Program-made: the position numbers and the translations under genes
Notes under the pieces: model-generated
Told to the model about the DNA's origin: nothing
Database searches by the model: none
Seen by the model: the letters and a program-made list of their open reading frames with translations, nothing else
In this document: positions 16,482-25,608 of the stretch, piece after piece
Position numbering within the stretch: position 1 is the first letter of the stretch
How the letters are laid out: each line of letters opens with the position of its first letter
Source of the DNA: Methanomassiliicoccaceae archaeon
Lineage (GTDB): Archaea; Thermoplasmatota; Thermoplasmata; Methanomassiliicoccales; Methanomassiliicoccaceae
Length of the DNA: 64,000 nucleotides
Direction of reading: 5' to 3'
Assembly (NCBI GenBank): GCA_040776945.1
Contig: JAXGZN010000001.1
Location: 473,545-537,544, forward strand

Positions 16482-17360
16482 TTGAGCGCTCGCGAGGTCA
16501 CCATCGGGCTCGTCCAGATGAGAATGGTGCAGGAGCCGGAGACCAATCTCCGGAAGGCAATGAGGATGATCGGAGAGGCTGCCGGAAAAGGTGCCCAGAT
16601 AGTATGTCTGCCCGAGCTGTTCGTCACCCCTTACTTTCCGCAGTACGACACCGGCGCCGACCGCAGGCGAGAGAGCGTCTATAACGAGAGCATCCCCGGG
16701 CCGACCGCTGAGGCGCTGTCAGCCGCGGCCCGCGATGCGGAGGTGGTCCTCATCGGCGGCTCGCTGTACGAGCGCTCGGGGACGAGCCTCTTCAACACCA
16801 CGCCGGTGTTCGACGAAGAGGGGACAATGCTGGGGATCTACCGCAAGACGCACATCCCTCATGACGAGGACTTCTACGAGCAGAGCTATTTCGACCGGGG
16901 CGATACCGGTTTCCAGGTCTTCAAGACCTCCAGAGGGCGCATCGCCCCTCTCATCTGCTATGACCAGTGGTATCCGGAGGCGGCAAGGTGCGCCGCACTG
17001 CAGGGAGCGGACATGGCATTCTATCCCACGGCCATCGGCACGGTGGAGGGTATCGAGCAGACGGAGGGGGATTGGCAGCAGGCCTGGGAGAACGTCATGC
17101 GGGGCCACGCCATCGCCAACGGAATGGTGGTGGCGGCGTGCAACCGAGCGGGCGCCGAGGACCTTATGGAGTTCTGGGGCGGCAGCTTCGTCATCGACGC
17201 TTTCGGGCGGACGCTCGCCCGCGGCTCCCGAGAGGAGGAGATCGTCCTTGCTACAGTCGACATGGAGCATGGGGAGAAGGTCCGCGAAGGCTGGAGGTTC
17301 TTCCACAACCGCCGGCCGGAATGCTATGGCAAGATAGTGGTGAATGATCGGAGAGATTGA
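16482..17360 (+). CDS. aguB: carbon-nitrogen hydrolase, N-carbamoylputrescine amidase-like
   Basis: Nitrilase-superfamily blocks are present (IVCLPELF, YRKTHIP, ICYDQWYPE with the catalytic Cys). It is followed directly by agmatine deiminase. The start is TTG. Confidence 0.8.
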   Translation: MSAREVTIGLVQMRMVQEPETNLRKAMRMIGEAAGKGAQIVCLPELFVTPYFPQYDTGADRRRESVYNESIPGPTAEALSAAARDAEVVLIGGSLYERSGTSLFNTTPVFDEEGTMLGIYRKTHIPHDEDFYEQSYFDRGDTGFQVFKTSRGRIAPLICYDQWYPEAARCAALQGADMAFYPTAIGTVEGIEQTEGDWQQAWENVMRGHAIANGMVVAACNRAGAEDLMEFWGGSFVIDAFGRTLARGSREEEIVLATVDMEHGEKVREGWRFFHNRRPECYGKIVVNDRRD

Positions 17361-17361
17361 G

Positions 17362-18447
17362 ATGGAGAAGACGACCCCGAGGTCCCTGGAATATTACATG
17401 CCCGCGGAGTGGGCGAAGCATGAAGCGACCTGGCTATCGTGGCCGAAGAACCCCCTGACCTTCCCGGACGGCGTTCTGCCCGGTGTGGAGAAGGTTTACG
17501 TGCAGATGATCGCCGCCCTCAGCCCTGGGGAGAAGGTCAAGTTGTTGGTCAACGATGAGAACGCCGAGAGGCACGTCCGCCGGCTGCTCCAAGGTTCAGG
17601 CGCTGTGATGGAAAACGTCATTTTCATGCACATACTCTCCTCGGACGTTTGGATCAGAGATTACGGTCCCTCCTTCCTCGTCCACATGGAAAAGGGCTGG
17701 CGAGCCGCGGTGAAATGGAGGTTCAATGCATGGGGCGGGAAATACGACGACATAATGTACGATGATGTGGCCGGCGAGGACGTCGTTCGGGCTGCCAGGG
17801 TGAAGGTATTCCGGCCCGGTATCGTGATGGAGGGCGGCTCCATCGATGTTAACGGCCGAGGGACGGTCCTGACCACGGAGCAGTGCCTACTGAACCCCAA
17901 CCGCAACCCCAAGTTGTCCAGGGAGGACATCGAGAGCTATCTGGAGCAGTACCTAAACATATCAAAGGTAGTGTGGCTGATCTCTGGTATCGAGGGCGAC
18001 GATACCGACGGGCACGTCGACGATTTCGCCCGCTTCGTCGGGCCCGAAACAGTGGTGTGCGCCTACTCCGAGGAGGGGAGCGGCCATAACCCGGAGGTTC
18101 TTTCCACCAACCTGAAGATATTGGAGGAGTACCGTGACAACTACGGGCGGCCTTTCAAGGTCATCAAGCTGCCCATGCCTACGCCCATTCCGTTGCCCGA
18201 AGAGGAGCGGGTGCTTCCGGCCAGTTATGCTAACTTCTACATAGGGAACGAGGTCGTGTTGGTCCCGGTTTTCGATGACCCGATGGACGATGAGGCGGTG
18301 CGCATCCTGGCAGAGTGTTTTCCAGAGCGCAGGATGGTGCCAATAATGGCCCGCGACCTGGTATACGGTTATGGGGGATTCCACTGCGTGACCCAGCAGG
18401 AGCCGGCGCCGACCGAGCGGAAGAAAGCCGCCAAGACCACGGGTTAG
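17362..18447 (+). CDS. aguA: agmatine deiminase
   Basis: YYMPAEWAKHEATWLSWP, DVWIRDYGP, DGHVDDFARF and the C-terminal GGFHCVTQQ (catalytic Cys) are present. ATG at 17362 has GGAGAG 8 nt upstream. ATG at 17344 is an alternative. Confidence 0.85.
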   Translation: MEKTTPRSLEYYMPAEWAKHEATWLSWPKNPLTFPDGVLPGVEKVYVQMIAALSPGEKVKLLVNDENAERHVRRLLQGSGAVMENVIFMHILSSDVWIRDYGPSFLVHMEKGWRAAVKWRFNAWGGKYDDIMYDDVAGEDVVRAARVKVFRPGIVMEGGSIDVNGRGTVLTTEQCLLNPNRNPKLSREDIESYLEQYLNISKVVWLISGIEGDDTDGHVDDFARFVGPETVVCAYSEEGSGHNPEVLSTNLKILEEYRDNYGRPFKVIKLPMPTPIPLPEEERVLPASYANFYIGNEVVLVPVFDDPMDDEAVRILAECFPERRMVPIMARDLVYGYGGFHCVTQQEPAPTERKKAAKTTG

Positions 18448-18457
18448 GGAGCGGAGC

Positions 18458-19099
18458 ATGAGCTTGGACCTCTCCCTTTACGTGGTCACCGACCAGAAGC
18501 TGTCAAGAGGGCTCGGCCATGAGGAGGTTGCTCGGCAAGCGCTCGCGGGCGGAGCGGACGTGATTCAGCTAAGGGATAAGGACCTGTCGGGAGCGGAGCT
18601 GTATCGCCTGGCGTCGAGGATCGGGGAGCTGACGCGAGAAAGTGGTGGGACCTTCATCGTCAACGATCGGCTGGACATAGCCCTGGCGGCCGGAGCGGAC
18701 GGCGTCCATCTGGGACAGGACGACCTGCCGGTGAGGGCCGCCAGGTCCGTGGCTCCAGGACTGATCATAGGTGCTTCGGTATCATCGGTGCAGGAGGCCA
18801 TGAGAGCAGAGCGCGATGGTGCCGACTATGTTGCCATCAGTCCGCTCTTCGATACTGGGTCGAAGGACGATGCGGGCCCAGGTAACGGCCTGGAGGCCTT
18901 GAGACAGGTCAAGGGAGCGGTGTCCATACCGGTCATCGGCATAGGGGGCATCGACCGCTCCAATGTCCTCGATGTCATCGCCGCGGGGGCCGACGGCGTG
19001 GCGGTGATCTCCGCGGTCGTCTCCCAGGACGACATTGCCGCCGCCGCGCGCGACCTTAGGTCCCTAGTAGTGAAGGCCAGAGAACGGAAGGGGGCCTAG
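18458..19099 (+). CDS. thiE: thiamine-phosphate synthase
   Basis: LSLYVVTD, IQLRDKD, VNDRLDIALAAGADGVHLGQDD and IPVIGIGGI blocks are present. Confidence 0.9.
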   Translation: MSLDLSLYVVTDQKLSRGLGHEEVARQALAGGADVIQLRDKDLSGAELYRLASRIGELTRESGGTFIVNDRLDIALAAGADGVHLGQDDLPVRAARSVAPGLIIGASVSSVQEAMRAERDGADYVAISPLFDTGSKDDAGPGNGLEALRQVKGAVSIPVIGIGGIDRSNVLDVIAAGADGVAVISAVVSQDDIAAAARDLRSLVVKARERKGA

Positions 19100-19182
19100 A
19101 GCGTGCTCTGCTAGATGAGGGTGCATCTGACGCCTGCCTTTGGCCGGTCCCGGCCCTGAACGCCGATCGCTCTGGACCGCGT

Positions 19183-20100
19183 TCATTCGGGGAACAGGTC
19201 GGTGCTGAGATATCTCTCTCCGAAGTCAGGCGCGATGGTCACGACCTTCTTGCCCGGCCCTAGCTCCATGGCCACCTGCAGGGCGGCATGCACCGCCGCG
19301 CCCGAGGATATGCCGGCGAATATGCCTTCCATGGTCGCAAGCTTCCTTGTGGTCTCCTTCGCATCCTCGTCCTTCACCTTTATCACCCGATCTATGAGCT
19401 TAATGTCCAGGACATCGGGCACGAAGCCGGCACAGATCCCTTGGATGGCGTGAGGACCAGGGGTTCCGCCTGACAGTACCGCCGAGGATGATGGCTCGAC
19501 GGCGATTATCCGCGCAAGGCTTCCGGAAGCGCGCAGCCTTCTCCCTATGCCGGTTATGGTGCCACCAGTGCCCACTCCGGCGACGAACGCGTCCATGTCC
19601 GGCAGGTCCTCAAGCAGCTCCACCGCGGTGGCCTCATAGTGCGCCTGGGGGTTGGCCGGGTTCTCGAACTGCTGAAGGAGCAGCGAACCGGGCCTCTCGG
19701 CGTTCAGGGCCTTGGCACGCTCGACCGCTCCGGTCATTCCCAGCGATCTCGGCGTCAGAACGAGCTCGGCGCCCATGGCCCGGAGGAGCTTCCTGCGCTC
19801 GACGGACATGCTCTCCGGCATGGTCAGGACGAGCCGGTAGCCTTTCACCGCGCACACCATCGCCAGGCCGATGCCCGTGTTGCCAGAGGTAGGCTCCACG
19901 ATGATGTTCCTATCTGGCCCGAGGATGCCTTTCCTCTCGGCGCTCTCTATCATGGCAAGAGCTATGCGGTCCTTCACCGACCTCATGGGATTGAACGATT
20001 CGAGCTTGACATACACTTCCGCCGAGCCCTTGGGAGGCATCCTGTTCAGTCGAACCGAGGGCGTCCTCCCGATGATCTCGAGAATGTTCGCGTACTTCAC
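19183..20100 (-). CDS. cysK: cysteine synthase (O-acetylserine sulfhydrylase) / PLP-dependent beta-replacement enzyme
   Basis: IGRTPSVRLNRM, KLESFNPMRSVKDRIA (PLP Lys), PTSGNTGIGLA and GVGTGGTITG are present. Confidence 0.9.
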   Translation of the reverse strand: MKYANILEIIGRTPSVRLNRMPPKGSAEVYVKLESFNPMRSVKDRIALAMIESAERKGILGPDRNIIVEPTSGNTGIGLAMVCAVKGYRLVLTMPESMSVERRKLLRAMGAELVLTPRSLGMTGAVERAKALNAERPGSLLLQQFENPANPQAHYEATAVELLEDLPDMDAFVAGVGTGGTITGIGRRLRASGSLARIIAVEPSSSAVLSGGTPGPHAIQGICAGFVPDVLDIKLIDRVIKVKDEDAKETTRKLATMEGIFAGISSGAAVHAALQVAMELGPGKKVVTIAPDFGERYLSTDLFPE

Positions 20101-20188
20101 CCTATCACCGTGCGGTCATGACCTGGGAGCCCCTCCGGTTAAACCTTCCTGCTCAACGATCGCCGCGGCTAGACCGAAAGGAGGGATC

Positions 20189-20989
20189 TCAGAGCGTCCG
20201 GACACGGGCGCTTCTCCTCAGGTCCTCTGGGACCAGGGCGGCGACCTCGTCCATGAGCATGGACCTGAACGAGTACGGTCCGTAAGCCTTCCCGGCCGCC
20301 CTCTCCCCGGCAATTCCAAAGGCCGCCAGGGCCGCCGCCGATGTTGCCACGCGGTCCCTCGAGGCAGCGGCGAAGGCACCTGCCAGGGAAGAGGCCATGC
20401 ATCCCGTGCCAGATATGCGGCCCATCATTGCGTGCCCGTTCTCCACTATAACGGTCCTCTTTCCGTCGGTGACTATGTCGGCTGCGCCGCTCATGACCAC
20501 TACCGCCCCTGTCACGTCCGCAAGGCCGCGGCAGACCTGGACTGGATCACCGGTCATGCCTTCCGAGTCGACGCCCCTCACAACGCCACCGGTGCCGGCA
20601 AGGGTTCCGATCTCTCCGGCATTGCCCTTTATTATGTTGATGTTCAGCTGCTGCAGCATCCGGGAGGCGACCTCGGTACGGTAACGGGTGGCGCCCGCCC
20701 CTACAGGGTCCAGGATGATCGGGACACCAAGCTCGTTGGCCTTATGCCCGGCGATGAACATGGATTCCACCTGCTTCTTCCTCAGCGTGCCGATGTTTAG
20801 GACAAGCGCGCCGGCCAGGGAGACCATGTCGGCCACCTCCTCCTTGGCCTCTGCCATCACCGGAGCGGCCCCGATGAACAAGGTGATGTTGGCGCAGTCG
20901 TTGACCGTTACATAGTTGGTTATATGATGAACAAGCGGCCTCCTCTCTCTGAGGATGCGCAGTAGCTCGGATAACGTCCCTGTGTCCAT
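20189..20989 (-). CDS. thiM: hydroxyethylthiazole kinase
   Basis: [38 protein letters not shown] and GTGCMASSL are present. ATG at 20989 is preferred over the 10-codon extension. Confidence 0.9.
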   Translation of the reverse strand: MDTGTLSELLRILRERRPLVHHITNYVTVNDCANITLFIGAAPVMAEAKEEVADMVSLAGALVLNIGTLRKKQVESMFIAGHKANELGVPIILDPVGAGATRYRTEVASRMLQQLNINIIKGNAGEIGTLAGTGGVVRGVDSEGMTGDPVQVCRGLADVTGAVVVMSGAADIVTDGKRTVIVENGHAMMGRISGTGCMASSLAGAFAAASRDRVATSAAALAAFGIAGERAAGKAYGPYSFRSMLMDEVAALVPEDLRRSARVRTL

Positions 20990-21119
20990 GATCGTCCCTG
21001 CTGTTCCACCGCACGCCAAGGGCGGCGGTACGGACTAGATGGCACCCAGATATTTATCTCTTGATTCCGAACCACATGGACAGCACGCTCATGGGCGACC
21101 GACCAGAGACCACAGTTTC

Positions 21120-21413
21120 ATGAGGAGGAAGGCGTTATCTACTTCCCGGGATGCGGACATGAGGAGAAAGAGGCCGCCCATGCATGGCGGGATGACCCGG
21201 GACGAGTTCGAGGGGCTCCGGGAGGACATTCAGGCGCTGATCAGCGAGCATCCTCGCGCCAAGTTCACAATAGTGCTGTTGGACGAGGAAGGGCACCGGA
21301 CCGAGGACCTGAACAAGGCCGTCAAGTACGGCCTCACGGCATATGAGGACGATAAGCTGATCCTCGAGGAGCTCGGCAGGGTCGACGATGGCATGATGAT
21401 AAAGGAGCTTTGA
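21120..21413 (+). CDS. hypothetical protein (start uncertain: 21039, 21120 or 21159)
   Basis: The C-terminal 75 aa are protein-like (TRDEFEGLREDIQALISEHPRAKFTIVLLDEEGHRTEDLNKAVKYGL). A TATA-like GATATTTATC lies at 21047-21056. No family is recognised. Confidence 0.45.
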   Translation: MRRKALSTSRDADMRRKRPPMHGGMTRDEFEGLREDIQALISEHPRAKFTIVLLDEEGHRTEDLNKAVKYGLTAYEDDKLILEELGRVDDGMMIKEL

Positions 21414-21455
21414 GCGGGCCTGCCGGAATGAAACGCACATGATCGGAAGTGGCTA

Positions 21456-22496
21456 ATGGTCGCGATCTCTGGTCGTACGAGGCCGTTCATCTACATTTTC
21501 CTCTCGGCCGCTCTCTTCGGCATCAGCCCCCCAGCGTCCAAGGTCCTAGTGGCCGACGTCTCCCCTGTTGCCTTGGCCGGCCTGCTGTATATGGGAGCGT
21601 TCCTGGGACTGATGGTCATGCGGCTCGTCCAAGGGACAGGGGAAAAGGAGGCCGCCCTGAAGAGGTCGGAGCTGCCATATCTCGCCGGCTCTATCCTCTC
21701 GGGCGGAGTGATCGCCCCCATCCTTCTCATGACCGGCATCGCTTCGGTGACCGGGATGGCCTCCTCGCTGCTTCTGAACTTGGAGGGCGTGGCCACCGCC
21801 CTCATCGCGTTCCTGATGTTCGGCGAGCCCGTGGGGAAGCGAACATGGACCGCGGTGGTCCTTATGACCGCAGCGGGCGCGATGTTGACCTTCAACGCGG
21901 AGAACGGTGAGGCCTCAGGACTGGGCGTGGCGCTAATAGTATTGGCGATGGCCCTTTGGGGTCTCGACAACAACCTGACGAGCAGGATCGCGGGCACTGG
22001 GGCAAGACGGATCGCCATGCTCAAGGGATTGGTGGCCGGTACGACCTCCTTGTCCATCGCGTTACTCCTAGGCCAAGCCCCTCCAGTTAACGCCGAGATG
22101 TTGGCCGCTCTTCTCCTGGGCTCGCTTAGCTATGGGGCAAGCTTGGTTCTGTTCATATTTGCCCTTGGAGAGCTAGGTCCGGCCCGCACGGGGGCGTTCT
22201 TCGCCTTGGGCCCTTTCATCGGCGCCCTGGTCTCCATCCCTTTGCTGGGCGAGGTCCCTGGGCTCATGGTCCTCCCGGCCGGGGCGCTTATGGCTCTGGG
22301 GACCTATGTCCTCTTGAAAGAGAGGCATGATCATCTTCACTGGCATCCACGCATCGTGCATGATCACGTCCACGACCACAGCGCCGACCACGCTCACCAG
22401 CATATCAACGGCATGATCGGCCCGCATGGGCACGAGCATGTTCACGAGGCGGTCCTTCATGAGCATGAACATTCTAGGGGAGACCACCACCCTTAA
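21456..22496 (+). CDS. EamA/DMT-superfamily transporter with His-rich C-terminal tail
   Basis: It has about ten hydrophobic helices in two EamA-like halves. The final 58 aa contain 20 His (HDHLHWH...HDHVHDH...HGHEHVHE...HEHEH). Confidence 0.8.
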   Translation: MVAISGRTRPFIYIFLSAALFGISPPASKVLVADVSPVALAGLLYMGAFLGLMVMRLVQGTGEKEAALKRSELPYLAGSILSGGVIAPILLMTGIASVTGMASSLLLNLEGVATALIAFLMFGEPVGKRTWTAVVLMTAAGAMLTFNAENGEASGLGVALIVLAMALWGLDNNLTSRIAGTGARRIAMLKGLVAGTTSLSIALLLGQAPPVNAEMLAALLLGSLSYGASLVLFIFALGELGPARTGAFFALGPFIGALVSIPLLGEVPGLMVLPAGALMALGTYVLLKERHDHLHWHPRIVHDHVHDHSADHAHQHINGMIGPHGHEHVHEAVLHEHEHSRGDHHP

Positions 22497-22647
22497 GGTC
22501 CATGGCCTTTGGAAGCGACTATCTGGATTAGTATCGAGGACCACCTAACTGTTTTAACAAAGGTTATTAAGAGGCCGCCAATGATTGCCGTCCCACCCTC
22601 ACTGGAGCGTGCATAGACTGCCTCACTCAGACTCGGCCCTGGATGCG

Positions 22648-23688
22648 ATGTTCGGTGTTGACTCGGAGTCCACCAGGCAACAGTCCTCCAAGTTCTACCG
22701 GATGCTGCCGTTCCGCCTTCAGATTGAGTGCACCGCGGATTGCTCCGCCGATTGCTCGTACTGTTACGCTAGGAACGTGCCCTCCGCAGAACCTCTATCG
22801 ACCAGGGAGATCAAAGGGATCCTCCGGCGGGCGGCCGGCATGGGGTTCAGGCAGATCGATTGGATGGGCGGTGATCCCATGGAGCGCCCGGATTGGATCG
22901 AGCTCCTGCAGGCCGCAAGGTACAACGGAATGACCAACAACCTTTGGACCTGCGGGGGACGCCTCAATGACATCGGGCAGGCGAAATGGGCCATCGACCT
23001 GACCCGGGACGGGTACATAATGGTGCACCTTGATTCCCTGGACCCTGAGATCCTGAGGTCGATGAGGTCCTCCTATAACCCTCGGACCACAAGGGACACG
23101 CTCAAGGGCATCGAGCTCCTGGAGGACATGGGAAAGCCTCCGCAGGAGATCGGGAACTTGTTGATGATGACCGCATCTCAGGACGTCAGCGACGTCAAGG
23201 AGACGATGCGCTATCTTTATCAGAGGTACGGGGTGCGTACCTGCCTGATGTCCCTTAAGCCTGTGGACGATACTGGCAAGCTCTACTCCCTCCTTCCCCG
23301 CCCGGCGGACGTTTCTGAGGCATACCTCTACCGGGACAAACTGTTCCTAGGCGGCAGGGACATGGGCTGCCAGGACTTCCCTCGGGAATACTGCGGCACC
23401 ACGGTGTTCATCTCCCTGGATGGAAGGGTCTCGTCGTGCTACTCCTTGCGGCGAAATCTCGGCTCGTTGCGAGAGGACACTTTCGAGGACATCGTGGCCA
23501 AGGCCTCATCCTCATTGTTCTTTACCGGATTCCGGAAATACTCTGATGAGATCGTTTGCGGCTCATGCGACCCGGAGCTGTGCTGGGGATGCCGCGCCAA
23601 CGCCTTCTACTTCGGCGGAGGCAGCTATCTAAAGGACCCCATATGCCCAAGGAGCGCCGAGAGCCGCAAGACCACGCTGCCATACTAG
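22648..23688 (+). CDS. radical SAM protein with C-terminal SPASM-like Cys cluster
   Basis: It has CSADCSYC (CxxxCxxC) preceded by CTAD, and C-terminal CGTT...SSCYSL...CGSCDPELCWGCRANAFY...CP. ATG at 22648 is preferred (TATA-like GGTTATTAAG at 22563-22572). The track start is TTG at 22585. Confidence 0.8.
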   Translation: MFGVDSESTRQQSSKFYRMLPFRLQIECTADCSADCSYCYARNVPSAEPLSTREIKGILRRAAGMGFRQIDWMGGDPMERPDWIELLQAARYNGMTNNLWTCGGRLNDIGQAKWAIDLTRDGYIMVHLDSLDPEILRSMRSSYNPRTTRDTLKGIELLEDMGKPPQEIGNLLMMTASQDVSDVKETMRYLYQRYGVRTCLMSLKPVDDTGKLYSLLPRPADVSEAYLYRDKLFLGGRDMGCQDFPREYCGTTVFISLDGRVSSCYSLRRNLGSLREDTFEDIVAKASSSLFFTGFRKYSDEIVCGSCDPELCWGCRANAFYFGGGSYLKDPICPRSAESRKTTLPY

Positions 23689-24443
23689 TCGTAAAGAGCT
23701 GGCTCTAGGACGAACTTGCAAAAGTTGCACTTGGTGCCGAAGCACTCCGACTGCGTCACCCTCAGCGGCACACCGGTGCGGGTGTCGAAGATGGATTCGA
23801 TTATTCCCTCGTTGAGTGTGCATAGCGTCTTCCCGACATCCGGAGCATCGGACATGTCGTAGTCATCCTTCACTATCAAGGTGAGCGGTACGAGCGAGTA
23901 GACGTTGACGTCCCCCAGGTCGTGCCGGGCGAAGAACTCCTTGACCTCGTCCACCAGTCCTTTCATGTCGGTGGATCTCATGTGCCGGGCGACGGCAGTG
24001 CCGATCTGCCGGCCTATGTCCTTGAGCACCGGGTCCATGTTAAGCCCTATCGCCTCCACTCCGATGACCAGGGCCCGCAGCTCGCCCTTTATGAACCTGG
24101 TCGGCGAGCCGATGCTCTTGTCGATTATGTTGGTTACCGATCGGGTAAGGTCCTCCCGCGGGACGACCGAGGAGCCCACGGGCTTGGATACCAGATAGAA
24201 TATCTTTCGCCGGTTGTCCGAGGGATCGTCCCTCGAGGCCACCAGCCCTTCCTTGACCATCTTGTCCAGGTGCACTGAGAGCGTGGATTGTGCCTTGCCG
24301 GTCAACTGGGCGATCTCTGATAGGCTCAGGTCCCTTCTCTGCAGCTCGCTCAATATCTTTTGCCTGACCGGGTTTGAAATCTGCTTGAGCCCGGAGCTTG
24401 TCGAGTAGACATCAAGAGCGGAGCTCTTTTTCATCGGCTTCAC
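23685..24443 (-). CDS. ArsR-type winged-helix regulator fused to a V4R (4-vinyl-reductase-like) small-molecule-binding domain
   Basis: The N-terminus has NPVRQKILSELQRRDLSLSEIAQLTGKAQSTLSVHLDKMVKEGLV. The C-terminus has LCTLNEGIIESIF...SECFGTKCNFCKFVL, a V4R-like Cys pattern. Confidence 0.7.
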   Translation of the reverse strand: MKPMKKSSALDVYSTSSGLKQISNPVRQKILSELQRRDLSLSEIAQLTGKAQSTLSVHLDKMVKEGLVASRDDPSDNRRKIFYLVSKPVGSSVVPREDLTRSVTNIIDKSIGSPTRFIKGELRALVIGVEAIGLNMDPVLKDIGRQIGTAVARHMRSTDMKGLVDEVKEFFARHDLGDVNVYSLVPLTLIVKDDYDMSDAPDVGKTLCTLNEGIIESIFDTRTGVPLRVTQSECFGTKCNFCKFVLEPALYD

Positions 24444-24553
24444 TACTCCAATGCAATGGTCATTATTAATTTGTTACGAACATTCGTTTAACGGTGTTAA
24501 TACAACAAGGCCAATATCTTAGTATATCGGTTTGGAATGACACAGCGGTCATC

Positions 24554-25579
24554 ATGAGGGTGCGGTTAGGTAAGGAGAGCATCGAGACAAGGGCCGTTTG
24601 GTTCGAGCGGGGCATGCTCCGCATGATCGACCAGCGTCTCATCCCGCAGAAGTTCAAGGTCGTCGATCTGGTCGATCATCACGAGGTCGCGGAAGCTATC
24701 CGCAACATGACCGTGAGAGGCGCTCCCTCCATCGGCGCCGCTGCCGCCTACGGAATGGCCTTGGCGGCGCGGAACGAGGCTGATGTCAGAGGGGCCGCGG
24801 AGGAGCTGAAGAGCACCAGGCCCACGGCCTATGACCTGTTCTACGCGGTGGACCACATGCTGGGCTCGCTGGAGCTTGGGGATGACCCGGTGCAGGCGGC
24901 GGACGCCTATGCAGACCAGGTCGTGGAGCGCTGCCGGCTCATCGGAAAGTACGGTGCCGATCTGATCGGGGAGGAAACGAACATCATGACCCACTGCAAC
25001 GCCGGCGCCCTGGCCACGGTCGATATAGGCACGGCCCTGGCACCCATCCGCGCGGCGTGGACCGCGGGGCGGCATATCTACGTCTACGTCTCGGAAACGA
25101 GGCCCCGACTGCAGGGGATGAAGCTCACCGCCTGGGAGCTTTACAATGAAGGGATCCCGCACTCCATAATCGTGGACGGCGCCGCCGGCCATTTCCTCCG
25201 GAAGGACGTCAACATGGTCATCGTGGGCGCCGACCGCGTCGCCGCCAACGGCGACTTCGCCAACAAGATCGGGACCTTTGACAAGGCAGTCCTGTGCCAC
25301 GAGCTGGGAGTGCCGTTCTACGTCGCCGCGCCAATATCCACGTTCGACTTCTCCATCGCCAGCGGGGACAACATCGTCATCGAGGACCGATCCGAGGAGG
25401 AGGTCACCCACGTGGGCAGGGAGCGCCTCGCGCCGGAAGGCTCGGCGGCCCTAAACCCCTCGTTCGACATGACCCGGGCGAAGTATGTCACAGGGTTCAT
25501 AACCGAGGCCGGGGTCCTCCGCCCGCAGGAGATCGGCCGGCTGCGAAAGGAGCAGTTCGAGGAGGAGGGGGACCTCTGA
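24554..25579 (+). CDS. mtnA: S-methyl-5-thioribose-1-phosphate isomerase (eIF-2B alpha/beta/delta-like family)
   Basis: LRMIDQRLIP, IRNMTVRGAPSIGAAAAYGMALAA, THCNAGALAT and IVGADRVAANGDFANKIGT are present. Confidence 0.85.
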   Translation: MRVRLGKESIETRAVWFERGMLRMIDQRLIPQKFKVVDLVDHHEVAEAIRNMTVRGAPSIGAAAAYGMALAARNEADVRGAAEELKSTRPTAYDLFYAVDHMLGSLELGDDPVQAADAYADQVVERCRLIGKYGADLIGEETNIMTHCNAGALATVDIGTALAPIRAAWTAGRHIYVYVSETRPRLQGMKLTAWELYNEGIPHSIIVDGAAGHFLRKDVNMVIVGADRVAANGDFANKIGTFDKAVLCHELGVPFYVAAPISTFDFSIASGDNIVIEDRSEEEVTHVGRERLAPEGSAALNPSFDMTRAKYVTGFITEAGVLRPQEIGRLRKEQFEEEGDL

Positions 25580-25608
25580 ACGAGGACCGGGGCCGGAAAG
25601 ACCTTGCC

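Noticed and set aside
24566-25411. 281-aa minus-strand ORF opposite mtnA
   Set aside because: It is a shadow frame rich in Gly/Arg/Asp/Val/His. MtnA motifs occupy the plus strand.
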